Part shown: positions 8,476 through 17,672 of the stretch, piece after piece
How positions within the stretch are numbered: position 1 is the first letter of the stretch
Layout: every line of letters starts with the position of its first letter
Source of the DNA: Gammaproteobacteria bacterium
Lineage (GTDB): Bacteria; Pseudomonadota; Gammaproteobacteria; JBCCGL01
Assembly: GCA_965277715.1 (NCBI GenBank)
Contig: OZ255836.1
Span: forward strand, 1,664,001-1,728,000
DNA length: 64,000 bases
Reading direction: 5' to 3'
Made by a program: the position numbers and the translations under genes
The notes under the pieces: generated by a model
What the model saw: the letters and a program-made list of their open reading frames with translations, nothing else
The model's database searches: none
Told to the model about the DNA's origin: nothing

Positions 8476-8517
8476 GGATTTTAAGTCCCTTGCGTCTACC
8501 AATTTCGCCATCCGGGC
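8476..8517 (-). pseudogene. leuZ: 5' half of the host tRNA-Leu(UAA) (leuZ position), broken after the anticodon loop; att junction
   Basis: GCCCGGATGGCGAAATTGGTAGACGCAAGGGACTTAAAATCC is followed by unrelated GTCCTTATTAT; it lies directly after tRNA-Cys as in the conserved glyW-cysT-leuZ operon. Confidence 0.88.
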
Positions 8518-8532
8518 AGCGATGATTATCAA

Positions 8533-8606
8533 TGGAGGCTGAGACCGGAATCGAACCGGTGTACACGGCTTTGCAGGCCGCTGCATAACCACTCTGCCAC
8601 CCAGCC
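8533..8606 (-). tRNA. cysT: tRNA-Cys(GCA)
   Basis: 74-nt cloverleaf, anticodon loop CTGCAAA, CCA end. Confidence 0.96.
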
Positions 8607-8700
8607 ATTAACAAATCAGAGTAACACTAATTAACCGCGACAATCCAAACCTTATCGAGGCGGTAAAACAACAAGGCATATAGGGTGTATATGTCGCCAT

Positions 8701-8732
8701 AAAAAAACCCCGGTTAAGTGCCGGGGTTTTTT
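8701..8732 (-). terminator. Intrinsic terminator-like hairpin between tRNA-Gly and tRNA-Cys
   Basis: A7-CCCCGG-TTAAGTG-CCGGGG-T6. Confidence 0.7.
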
Positions 8733-8736
8733 AATC

Positions 8737-8812
8737 TGGAGCGGGAAACGAGATTCGAACTCGCGACCCCAACCTTGGCAAGGTTGTGCTCTACCAGCTG
8801 AGCTATTCCCGC
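8737..8812 (-). tRNA. glyW: tRNA-Gly(GCC)
   Basis: 76-nt GCGGGAATAGCTCAG...TTGCCAA...TCCA downstream of pgsA. Confidence 0.97.
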
Positions 8813-8822
8813 AGAGGGCGGC

Positions 8823-8850
8823 ATTCTAGCCAATGCTGCCATTATGTCAA
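8823..8850 (-). promoter_or_regulatory. Sigma70 stable-RNA promoter of the tRNA cluster
   Basis: TTGACA-16 bp-TAGAAT followed by GC-rich discriminator GCCGCCC. Confidence 0.8.
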
Positions 8851-8891
8851 TACTGTTGGCCGGTATTTCTCTAAATCTCTCTCAATCCCCC

Positions 8892-9458
8892 TTACTCATC
8901 GGCAACGCCCGCTTTGCGCGCTGCATTCAAGTACAGACACATCGAGTACAACGTCAACCCCGCAGCGACAACCAGCGCACAACTGCCCCAAAAATACATG
9001 GATTGGCCTGCAACGGGCAGTTGATACAACATCAGGAATATCGCCAACATCTGCAATGTCGTTTTCACTTTGCCAATCCAACTGACAGAAACCAACTGTT
9101 TTTTACCCAGCTCTGCCATCCACTCACGCAGGGCGGAGATAACAATTTCCCGGCTGATAATAATACACGCCGACAGGGTCAACCAGGTTTGTGAGTGAGT
9201 GGAAACCAGCAATAGCAAAGCGGTAACAACCATTAGTTTGTCCGCCACCGGATCGAGAAATGCACCAAATGCCGATTGTTGTTGTAGCTTTCTGGCCAGG
9301 TAACCATCCAGCCAATCGGTTATACCCGCCAGTGCAAACACAACGGCGCACGCAGGTCGCGCCCAGTCGGTGGGAATATAGAAAGCCAACACGATGATAG
9401 GCAGCAGAGCGATGCGCAGCAGTGTCAGTACAGTGGGCAGTGTGATGTGTATTTGCAT
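8892..9458 (-). CDS. pgsA: CDP-diacylglycerol--glycerol-3-phosphate 3-phosphatidyltransferase
   Basis: TDWLDGYLAR...GAFLDPVADK motif; uvrC-pgsA-tRNA synteny. Confidence 0.96.
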   Translation of the reverse strand: MQIHITLPTVLTLLRIALLPIIVLAFYIPTDWARPACAVVFALAGITDWLDGYLARKLQQQSAFGAFLDPVADKLMVVTALLLLVSTHSQTWLTLSACIIISREIVISALREWMAELGKKQLVSVSWIGKVKTTLQMLAIFLMLYQLPVAGQSMYFWGSCALVVAAGLTLYSMCLYLNAARKAGVADE

Positions 9459-9485
9459 GTTAATCGTCAGTTTGTACCGGGTTAT

Positions 9486-11318
9486 TCACGCGGGCGAATC
9501 GCCGTGAAATTTTTCATAAATTAATTTGGCCAGTGGTTGGCTAATGCCAGGCACTGCGGCCACGTCTTCAATACCGGCACGTTGTATACCCTGCATACCG
9601 CCAAAATGTGCCAACAGGTTGCGCCGCCGTTTTGGCCCCAGACCGGGTATGCCCTCAAGCACACTGCGTTTGCGTTGTTTGTCCCGTTTATTGCGGTGAC
9701 TGGTAATCGCAAAACGGTGCGCTTCGTCGCGTATTTGCTGAACCAGATGCAAAGCGGGTGATTCTTTACCCAGTACCAATTGTTCAGCGGTCTCCGCTAC
9801 AACCAGCACTTCTTCACCGGCAATGCGCTCGGGGCCTTTGGCGACGCCGACCAAGTATATCTCGTCCAGTTGCAATTCGTTGAGGACTTCTTTGGCAACA
9901 CTCACCTGCCCTTTGCCACCATCGACAAACAGGATATCCGGCAGGTTGGCGTTTTCTTTGATAGCGCGTGTATAACGACGCGTCAGTGCCTGACGCATCG
10001 CGGCATAGTCGTCCCCTGGGGTAATATCGGTGATAGAAAAACGGCGGTAGGCTTGCTTCATGGGGCCTTCCGCGTTGAATACAACGCAGGAGGCGATGGT
10101 GCCCTCCCCGCGTGTATGGCTTATATCAAAACATTCCATACGGCCTGGCAGTTCATCGAAACTGAGCACACTGCGCAGGTTTTCCAGCCGCTGGGCGTTA
10201 CCGGCACGGCTGGATAGGTGGACTGCCAGCGCCGATTCGGCATTGTGCCTGGCCATATCAATCCAGCGGGCGCGCTCACCGCGCATTTTGTCGCTGATAA
10301 GCACTTTGCGCTGGCAGCGCTCTGACAACACTCCTTCCAGCACCTCGCTCCCCATCACCGTATGGCTTAACAGGATTTCTTTAGGGACTTCATTGTGTAA
10401 ATAAAATTGGGTTAAGAAGGCGTACAGCACTTCTTCAGGGGTGGCATCAGTCGGCATTCTTGGATAGAAGGGCTTATTGCCTAAGTTCATACCGTTGCGA
10501 ATAAAAAACACCTGGATACAGCTTCGCCCGCCTTTGAGCGCACAGGCAACCACATCGATATTACCCTTATCACTGCTGACGTATTGCTTTTCCGCCACGG
10601 CTTTGATGTCGGCAATCTGATCCCGCAGCCGGGCGGCTTTTTCAAAATCCAGTTGTGCGGCGGCACTTTCCATGTCGGCCACCAATTGCAGGATCACTTC
10701 ATTGTCTTTGCCGGATAACAGCAACTGGGTGTGCTCGACATCCTGCTGGTAGCGCTGTTCGCTGATCAAGCCGACACAAGGTCCCGAGCAACGTTTGATT
10801 TGGTACTGCAAACAAGGGCGCGAGCGGTTGCTAAAGTAAGAGTCGACGCACTGCCTGACCTGAAACAGTTTCTGTACGTGCCGCAGTGATTTCTTTACCG
10901 CCCCCGCGTTAGGATAAGGGCCAATGTATTTACCCGGTTTTTTTTTGCCACCGCGATGGTAGGCCAGGCGCGGGTACTGGTCTTTTGACGAGATGTAGAT
11001 ATACGGGTAACTCTTATCGTCGCGCAGCAATATGTTATAGCGCGGTTTAAATTTTTTTATCAGGTGGTTTTCGAGAATCAGCGCCTCGGATTCGGTATTG
11101 GTCAGGGTCACCTCCACCCGTTCGATCTGTGCGACCAGCGCCCGGGTCTTCGGCGAACCGGGGTCCTTGCGAAAATAGCTGCTCAAGCGCTTGCGCAGGT
11201 TCCCGGCCTTGCCGACGTAGATAACCTCATCACCCGCATTCAGCATACGGTAGACACCGGGTGTCGTGCTCACAGTGGATAAGAAGTGGCTTGCATCAAA
11301 CACCGGCTTATCGTCCAT
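9486..11318 (-). CDS. uvrC: Excinuclease ABC subunit C
   Basis: GIY-YIG (PGVYRM...IYVGKA), ECFDISH, RDEAHRFA, HhH tail. Confidence 0.98.
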   Translation of the reverse strand: MDDKPVFDASHFLSTVSTTPGVYRMLNAGDEVIYVGKAGNLRKRLSSYFRKDPGSPKTRALVAQIERVEVTLTNTESEALILENHLIKKFKPRYNILLRDDKSYPYIYISSKDQYPRLAYHRGGKKKPGKYIGPYPNAGAVKKSLRHVQKLFQVRQCVDSYFSNRSRPCLQYQIKRCSGPCVGLISEQRYQQDVEHTQLLLSGKDNEVILQLVADMESAAAQLDFEKAARLRDQIADIKAVAEKQYVSSDKGNIDVVACALKGGRSCIQVFFIRNGMNLGNKPFYPRMPTDATPEEVLYAFLTQFYLHNEVPKEILLSHTVMGSEVLEGVLSERCQRKVLISDKMRGERARWIDMARHNAESALAVHLSSRAGNAQRLENLRSVLSFDELPGRMECFDISHTRGEGTIASCVVFNAEGPMKQAYRRFSITDITPGDDYAAMRQALTRRYTRAIKENANLPDILFVDGGKGQVSVAKEVLNELQLDEIYLVGVAKGPERIAGEEVLVVAETAEQLVLGKESPALHLVQQIRDEAHRFAITSHRNKRDKQRKRSVLEGIPGLGPKRRRNLLAHFGGMQGIQRAGIEDVAAVPGISQPLAKLIYEKFHGDSPA

Positions 11319-13117
11319 CAGTGCGTATCGGCAATGTGTTCAACCAGCAGTTGCAGGCTTCGCTGACCACGAAATACATTGACATCCAGTTTGTAGACCA
11401 TATCGACATCGCCCTCACCCAAATATTCACCCGTCTGGTTAAAGGCGATGGCATCGACCACCAGGTTGGGGTTATCAACAGGGTGAACACACATTTTCAG
11501 GTGGCTCTGACCGACAATGCGCTGCTGGGTGCGCTTGAATACGCCCTGGAACAGCGGCTCGGGAAAGTGTTGGCCCCACGGTGCAGCTAATCGCAGTGCC
11601 TGCGCAAATTCGAGCGAGAAACAATCTGTATCCAGCACGCCATCGGTATAAAGAACCGGCTCCAGTGCCTCGCCTTTGAGCTGCAGGTTAACACCCTCGG
11701 TAAACGCCCCGGCAAAGGTATCCAGATCAGTCGTTTCAAGCGTCAGGCCCGCCGCCATCGCGTGGCCACCAAATTTAATAATCAACCCCGGATACTGGCT
11801 GTCTACGTAGGCGATGGCGTCGCGGATATGCACCCCCGCCATCGAGCGTGCCGAGCCTTTTAAGTGGCCCTGTGCATCCTCCGTAAAGATAATCGTGGGC
11901 CGGTGTACCGACTCGCGCACACGCCCGGCCAGGATACCGATAACCCCTTCGTGCCACTCGGGGTTATACAGGCAAATACCCGCAGGAAACTGCCGCTGTT
12001 GGTTCTCCGCCAGCCACGCTTCCAGTAACACATTGGCCTGTTCGCGCATATCGGTTTCAATGGCGCGTCGCTCGCGGTTGAGTGCATCCAGCTTGACCGC
12101 TATCTCCCGGGCCTCCAGGTCATTCTCTGCCAGCAGGCAGGCAATCCCGAGCGACATATCCTCTAACCGACCGGCCGCATTCAAACGCGGGCCGACCGCG
12201 AAAGCCAGATCGCTGGCCACAGCGTCGCTGGCACTGCGCCCACTAACGGCTAAAAGACCGGCAATACCACAGCACATTTTCCCGGAGCGGATGCGGCGCA
12301 AACCTTGTTCAACCAGAATGCGGTTATTGCTGTCCAGAGGTACCACATCGGCCACTGTACCCAGCGCGACAAGATCCAGGTAGGCCGCTGTGTTTGGCAC
12401 AGCAATACCGTGTTGATCAAACCAGCCAAGTGCTTTCAGATGCGTGCGCAGGGCGGACAGCAGGTAAAAAATCACCCCGACACCCGCCAGGTTTTTACTC
12501 GGAAACGGATCGCCATTGAGATTGGGGTTGACAATCACATTGGCATTGGGCAGTTGTGCGGGTGGCAGGTGGTGATCGGTAATCAGTACATCAATTGCCA
12601 ATGCGCGTGCCGCTGCAACCCCCTCGACACTGGCGATACCGTTATCGACCGTGATCAATAAATCCGGTTTTAGCCCGGCAACACTATCGACCACTTCAGG
12701 ATTTAGGCCATAGCCAAAGCGAAACCTGTCTGGCACAAAATAATTTACCCGTTGCGCACCCAGTGCGCGCAATAGTTTCACCGCAAGCGCGGTGCTGGTG
12801 GCACCATCGGCATCGTAATCGCCGACGATAACAATGCGTTGCTGCTGTTGAATAGCTTCAGCCAGCAGCGATACCGCCGCATCAATACCCCCTAGGGCAC
12901 TGGCCGGGTGTAGATTTGCCAGTGAGGGATCCACTTGCCGAGGCTCTTCAACACCGCGTGCCGCTAATAACCGGGCAATGGTCGGGTGTGGGTGCAATGA
13001 CAGCCAATCGTTCTGATTATTATTCTGGCCGCTATTCTGGTCATTATTCTGGCCATTATCGTGGCCACCACCTTTAAAGTCTGGGCGTTGTACTATTTTA
13101 AGTGGGGGCTGGCTCAT
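11318..13117 (-). CDS. recJ: Single-stranded-DNA exonuclease RecJ
   Basis: GDYDADG, ITVDNG, ITDHH, GTVAD, GGHAMAAG motifs. Confidence 0.97.
   Translation of the reverse strand: MSQPPLKIVQRPDFKGGGHDNGQNNDQNSGQNNNQNDWLSLHPHPTIARLLAARGVEEPRQVDPSLANLHPASALGGIDAAVSLLAEAIQQQQRIVIVGDYDADGATSTALAVKLLRALGAQRVNYFVPDRFRFGYGLNPEVVDSVAGLKPDLLITVDNGIASVEGVAAARALAIDVLITDHHLPPAQLPNANVIVNPNLNGDPFPSKNLAGVGVIFYLLSALRTHLKALGWFDQHGIAVPNTAAYLDLVALGTVADVVPLDSNNRILVEQGLRRIRSGKMCCGIAGLLAVSGRSASDAVASDLAFAVGPRLNAAGRLEDMSLGIACLLAENDLEAREIAVKLDALNRERRAIETDMREQANVLLEAWLAENQQRQFPAGICLYNPEWHEGVIGILAGRVRESVHRPTIIFTEDAQGHLKGSARSMAGVHIRDAIAYVDSQYPGLIIKFGGHAMAAGLTLETTDLDTFAGAFTEGVNLQLKGEALEPVLYTDGVLDTDCFSLEFAQALRLAAPWGQHFPEPLFQGVFKRTQQRIVGQSHLKMCVHPVDNPNLVVDAIAFNQTGEYLGEGDVDMVYKLDVNVFRGQRSLQLLVEHIADTH
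13011..13058. repeat. Four imperfect 12-bp tandem repeats in the recJ 5' region
   Basis: TTCTGATTATTA TTCTGGCCGCTA TTCTGGTCATTA TTCTGGCCATTA, encoding NGQN-NDQN-SGQN-NNQN. Confidence 0.75.
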
Positions 13118-14211
13118 GGTGTTTCTTCTCCCAATACTTTTTCCTGCGGGGAAAAGTAGTCTTGCAAAGGTGTTCGTTTACGCCAGAATTTCTTCATCTC
13201 AACGCGTGATATATCGATGCGCTGCCCATTGCAGGGGTAAACACTGACACCCGGTATATGGCTGCGTTTTAACGCGTTAACCAATGGCACAAAGTAGCGT
13301 GCCTCCATACCCGCCAAGGCGTGTACCCATTCAGTCGTACGGCTGTATGTCGACAATGACAGTAACGTGGCATCCACCAGCGTGAAGGGTTGGTCAACAG
13401 ATAGGTTATTAGTCGGCAACGGCCTAACAGGCTGTTGCCGCCGTTCTGCCATGGCTTTGGGCAAGGCTTCATCGGTGTAGACACTATGCGTGCTTATATC
13501 ATTGCCCTTATCGCTATTGATACCAGGCAACACGCCCCCGCCCCACAACCACACACTATTGACCTCGCGCTGCCCGTGCGCTTGCCGGTGCTGATTAACC
13601 GGGTGGGTGTGTAACAGCATTTGTACCTCCGTGAGCAACGCTTTCCAGTACCCGCCCGAATCGCCACTGGGGAAGAAGTGATGGACGTTGCGACCCGCCG
13701 CGTACCCCGGTGGTGACATATTGACATCCAACGCCCGCCCGGCAGTCAAAAACCATTGCTTTGCACCCGCTCGATGAAACTGCATCGCGTCTTCAGCAAA
13801 GTGGGCATTTAACGCATCGACCAGCTCAGCGGCTTCGCCATCACTCAAATCCAGCGCCTCACCTTCAATCAGACGCGCCTGATCCCTGTCTACCTGCAAG
13901 TGCACCGGGTCGGCGCGCAGACAACCGTTAGTGGGCAGTGCATGCCGCCTCGTCTGGCTCGATTCCACCTGAAAATACAGCGGCCATTCGAGTGCTGCCA
14001 CCGGCACATCACCACGCACCGGATCAGTGCAATCAAATACCTTACCGAGCACCGCTTCAAACGAATGCCCAGTCATGTCATGCCGTGTAGCACGGCAGAA
14101 CAACGCCGACAATGCATCTAATGGTGTTTCTACCTGAAGCGCCGTTTGCGCCCCAGAGGGAGGGTCGAGTAGGCCGGGTAATACCAGCACAGCAAATTCA
14201 GTCGATACCAT
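13114..14211 (-). CDS. Conserved hypothetical protein (phosphoglycerate-mutase-like family, often found upstream of recJ)
   Basis: LRADPVHLQVDRD, EVQMLLHTHPVN...VNSVWLWGGG motifs; overlaps the recJ start. Confidence 0.75.
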   Translation of the reverse strand: MVSTEFAVLVLPGLLDPPSGAQTALQVETPLDALSALFCRATRHDMTGHSFEAVLGKVFDCTDPVRGDVPVAALEWPLYFQVESSQTRRHALPTNGCLRADPVHLQVDRDQARLIEGEALDLSDGEAAELVDALNAHFAEDAMQFHRAGAKQWFLTAGRALDVNMSPPGYAAGRNVHHFFPSGDSGGYWKALLTEVQMLLHTHPVNQHRQAHGQREVNSVWLWGGGVLPGINSDKGNDISTHSVYTDEALPKAMAERRQQPVRPLPTNNLSVDQPFTLVDATLLSLSTYSRTTEWVHALAGMEARYFVPLVNALKRSHIPGVSVYPCNGQRIDISRVEMKKFWRKRTPLQDYFSPQEKVLGEETP

Positions 14212-14368
14212 AGCGCGATTTAGCGGTTAAACAACGGGGGGTCTTCAGTTATAGTTGGCGCACATAGGGGCGTATTGGTAAAAATGCTACCCTTCGTCGT
14301 TGATCATCGCATATCAGTGTCATCGTTGGCTCAAAATTACCGCCGTAAATGGCGCCATAAAAAATATT

Positions 14369-16504
14369 ATGAATAAAAACAAACTGTTTCTCGTTATTGG
14401 TATCACAGTGGTTATCGGTGCCTTGTTCTATTTTGATCTCTGGCACTATCTAACCCTGGAAACAATCAAATCCAAACAGGCGGATCTGGCGGCATACTAT
14501 GCTGAAAACCCGGTGATTACCATCGCGGTTTACTTTTTGATTTACGTGCTGGTAACCGCCCTGTCACTGCCAGCGGCCACCCTGATCACCCTCTTGGGCG
14601 GGGCAATTTTCGGTTTGGTCGAGGGCACTATCATTGTCTCTTTTGCCTCGACCAGCGGGGCCACGCTGGCCTTTCTCGGTTGCCGTTACCTGTTTCGCGA
14701 TACCATGCAACAAAAATTTTCCGGGCAATTGGAAAATATAAACCGGGGCATGCAAAAAGATGGCATGTTTTATTTATTTACCCTGCGCATGATCCCTATT
14801 GTGCCGTTTTTCATGGTCAACCTGCTAATGGGTTTGACCTCTATTCGCACACGCACTTTCTTTATTATCAGCCAGCTCGGCATGTTGGCGGGCACCGCCG
14901 TCTATGTTAACGCGGGCACACAATTGGCTGAAATTGAATCGGTTAAGGATATTTTGTCCCCCCCGATATTTGCTTCATTTGCTGTACTCGGCTTATTTCC
15001 ATTGATTGCCAAAAAAATCATCGCGCTAATACAAAATAACCGCGCACTCAAACCCTTCCCCAAACCAAAACAGTTTGACCGCAACCTGATTGTCATTGGT
15101 GCCGGGTCAGCCGGCCTGGTAACCGCGTATATCGCTGCGGCAGTCAAAGCCAAAGTAACCCTGATTGAGCGAAATAAAATGGGTGGCGACTGCCTCAACA
15201 CCGGCTGTGTCCCCTCCAAGGCACTGATCCGCTCGGCAAAGCTGTTAAACCAGATCAGCCGTTCGATGCACTACGGCATCGGCAAAGCCAACGCAGAATT
15301 TGACTTCGCCGAAATTATGCAGCGGATAAAAGCAGTGATAGGGAAGATTGAACCACACGACTCCGTAGCGCGTTACACCTCGCTGGGTGTCGAGTGCTTA
15401 AGCGGTGAGGCAACCATCACCTCCCCCTGGAGCGTCACGGTCAACGGGCAGACGCTGACCACACGCAGCATTGTGATTGCCAGTGGTGCCAGGCCGTTTG
15501 TCCCCCCTATTCCGGGGATCGAAGAAACCGGGTACGTCACTTCAGACACAATATGGTCGCTGGACAAATTACCGGCGCGTTTTGTCGTATTGGGTGGTGG
15601 CCCTATCGGCAGTGAGCTTGCCCAGTGTTTTGCCCGCCTGGGTAGCGAAGTCACGCAAATAGAAATGCTGCCACGCATTTTATTTCGTGAAGACCCTGAG
15701 ATATCCGCACTGGTCACCGAACGCTTCAACGAAGAAGGCATAAAAGTACTCACCGAAACCCGTGCCGTGCAGTGCCTCAATAAAGACGGTGAAAAAGTAT
15801 TACGCTGCGAACACCAGGGGCAGACACTGGAAGTACCATTTGATGCCTTACTTGTAGCGGTGGGGCGAAAAGCGCGCACCGAGGGGTTTGGCCTGGAATC
15901 ACTGGGCATTGATCTTACCCAACAAAAAACCATCGACACCGACGCCTACCTGCAAACCATCATGCCAACAATATTTGCTGCGGGTGATGTCGTTGGCCCT
16001 TATCAATTTACCCACGTGGCGGCGCATCAAGCCTGGTATGCAGCTGTGAACGCCCTATTCGGCAAACTCTGGAAATTTCGCGTGGACTATACCGTTATCC
16101 CTTTTGCCACCTTCACTGACCCGGAAGTGGCGCGGGTCGGCTTAAACGAAACCGAAGCCAAAGAAAAAGGCATTGCCTACGAGCTCACTACCTACGGCAT
16201 CGACGATCTCGACCGAGCCATTGCCGACGGCGAGGCACACGGTTTTGTCAAAGTATTAACCGTACCGGGAAAAGACAAAATACTCGGCGCCACCATCGTC
16301 GGCGACCACGCCGGAGACCTGCTCAGCGAATTTATCCTCGCCATGCGCCACGGCCTTGGCCTGAACAAAATACTCGGCACCATCCACATCTACCCGACAA
16401 TGGCCGAAGCAAACCGCTATGTCGCGGGCAACTGGAAGCGTGCGCACGCACCGGAGAAATTATTAAAATGGGTAGCGCGCTATCACCAATGGCGACTTGG
16501 CTAG
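14369..16504 (+). CDS. VTT/DedA (TVP38) membrane domain fused to a pyridine nucleotide-disulfide oxidoreductase
   Basis: N-terminal hydrophobic SNARE-associated-type domain (LRMIPIVPFF); GAGSAG, GGDCLNTGCVPSK, GGGPIG, HIYPTMAE. Confidence 0.9.
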   Translation: MNKNKLFLVIGITVVIGALFYFDLWHYLTLETIKSKQADLAAYYAENPVITIAVYFLIYVLVTALSLPAATLITLLGGAIFGLVEGTIIVSFASTSGATLAFLGCRYLFRDTMQQKFSGQLENINRGMQKDGMFYLFTLRMIPIVPFFMVNLLMGLTSIRTRTFFIISQLGMLAGTAVYVNAGTQLAEIESVKDILSPPIFASFAVLGLFPLIAKKIIALIQNNRALKPFPKPKQFDRNLIVIGAGSAGLVTAYIAAAVKAKVTLIERNKMGGDCLNTGCVPSKALIRSAKLLNQISRSMHYGIGKANAEFDFAEIMQRIKAVIGKIEPHDSVARYTSLGVECLSGEATITSPWSVTVNGQTLTTRSIVIASGARPFVPPIPGIEETGYVTSDTIWSLDKLPARFVVLGGGPIGSELAQCFARLGSEVTQIEMLPRILFREDPEISALVTERFNEEGIKVLTETRAVQCLNKDGEKVLRCEHQGQTLEVPFDALLVAVGRKARTEGFGLESLGIDLTQQKTIDTDAYLQTIMPTIFAAGDVVGPYQFTHVAAHQAWYAAVNALFGKLWKFRVDYTVIPFATFTDPEVARVGLNETEAKEKGIAYELTTYGIDDLDRAIADGEAHGFVKVLTVPGKDKILGATIVGDHAGDLLSEFILAMRHGLGLNKILGTIHIYPTMAEANRYVAGNWKRAHAPEKLLKWVARYHQWRLG

Positions 16505-16565
16505 CAACAGCCTGTTCAACAACACTTTGATCAATTCAACGTTGAGGGTGTAGGCGTAACTAACG

Positions 16566-17564
16566 TTACGCAACGGCAAGTGCTTCCACCGCCGCCCAAA
16601 GCGCTGCATCAATCGATACATCAACGCCATTGGAAAAGGGCTTACCGGAACCGGGTAGCCGTGCATTAGGCTGTGCCGATACTGCCTGTACCAGGCAATC
16701 CAAACGCTGCCAAAAGTCCTCACCGGCAAACAGGGTCGGGTCGAGGAGAAAATAGAACTGCCCGAGATCGTGTGGTGGGCCTTCCGGGGTTTTTAGCGGT
16801 GGCGCACTGACACTGTTTAGCGAGCCGGTCAGTGCCGCCGCCAGTACCTCGGCCATCAGACCAAACCCATAACCTTTATAGCCTCCCGCCGAAACCAACG
16901 AGCCTGCCAGCGCCGCCTTGGGGTCATCAGTCGGCTGGCCATTTTTATCCACGGCCCAACCCAGTGGGATTTTCTCACCCGCTGCCGCCGCAACGCGAAT
17001 TTTACCAATGGCAATCGCGCTGGTGGACTGATCAAACTGGAACGCGACGCCTCCCGCTTGCGCCGGCACGGACATGGACATTGGGTTAGTACCCAGCACC
17101 GCTTGGGTGCCACCCGGTGGCGACACACAAGCCGGTGCGTTGGTCATGCCGATACCAATCAAACCCGCCTGAGCAATCTGTTCAGTGAAATACCCCATAG
17201 AAGTACAGGTGTGGGAGTGGCAAATCGCCAAGGCGCAGTTGCCGTGTTTTTTTGCCACGTCAACCGCCATGCCGATACCCCGATCAAACGCGGGCTGGGC
17301 AAAACCATACTGCGCATCAACCTGGACAGCGGCTGTTTTTGGCTGGCTAACCAGTGGTTCTATGCGACCATTGACCCGCCCACTGCGCAGTTGTACGCAG
17401 TAGCTCTCCAGATAATAAAGGCCACAGATCAGGTTCCCCGTCGCTTCGGCTTTGCGCACCGCCCGTGCCACGGATTCGGCTATCCAGCGGTCGGCCCCAT
17501 GTGCGACCAGTGCCTGGGTGGTTTTAGCCTCGATATCATCCAGGCGTACGGTGGTTTTAGTCAT
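16566..17564 (-). CDS. Ldh_2 family oxidoreductase (malate/L-lactate/sulfolactate dehydrogenase, ComC-like)
   Basis: VDAQYGFAQPA, GTNP, GGYKGYG, RLPG motifs. Confidence 0.85.
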   Translation of the reverse strand: MTKTTVRLDDIEAKTTQALVAHGADRWIAESVARAVRKAEATGNLICGLYYLESYCVQLRSGRVNGRIEPLVSQPKTAAVQVDAQYGFAQPAFDRGIGMAVDVAKKHGNCALAICHSHTCTSMGYFTEQIAQAGLIGIGMTNAPACVSPPGGTQAVLGTNPMSMSVPAQAGGVAFQFDQSTSAIAIGKIRVAAAAGEKIPLGWAVDKNGQPTDDPKAALAGSLVSAGGYKGYGFGLMAEVLAAALTGSLNSVSAPPLKTPEGPPHDLGQFYFLLDPTLFAGEDFWQRLDCLVQAVSAQPNARLPGSGKPFSNGVDVSIDAALWAAVEALAVA

Positions 17565-17672
17565 TTTGTTCGTTTTCCCATTTTTAGTTTCCCCGGCACA
17601 GTGGTTTTAGTCATGCGGTTATTTTGGTTTTGTGGCAATTTGGCAGCACAATGCGTCACGCCACTACGGTGA

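Noticed and set aside
8476-8517. Ordinary att direct repeat or tandem tRNA duplication
   Set aside because: It is a 5' half upstream of the full gene and differs from it in all stems; usual att duplicates are near-identical 3' parts at the far end of the island.
8342-8614. 90-aa ORF on the minus strand
   Set aside because: It overlaps the tRNA-Cys and tRNA-Leu genes; a translation artefact.
14369-16504. Mercuric reductase MerA
   Set aside because: No C-terminal Cys-Cys pair, no HMA domain and no mer genes; it matches the VTT-fused oxidoreductase type instead.
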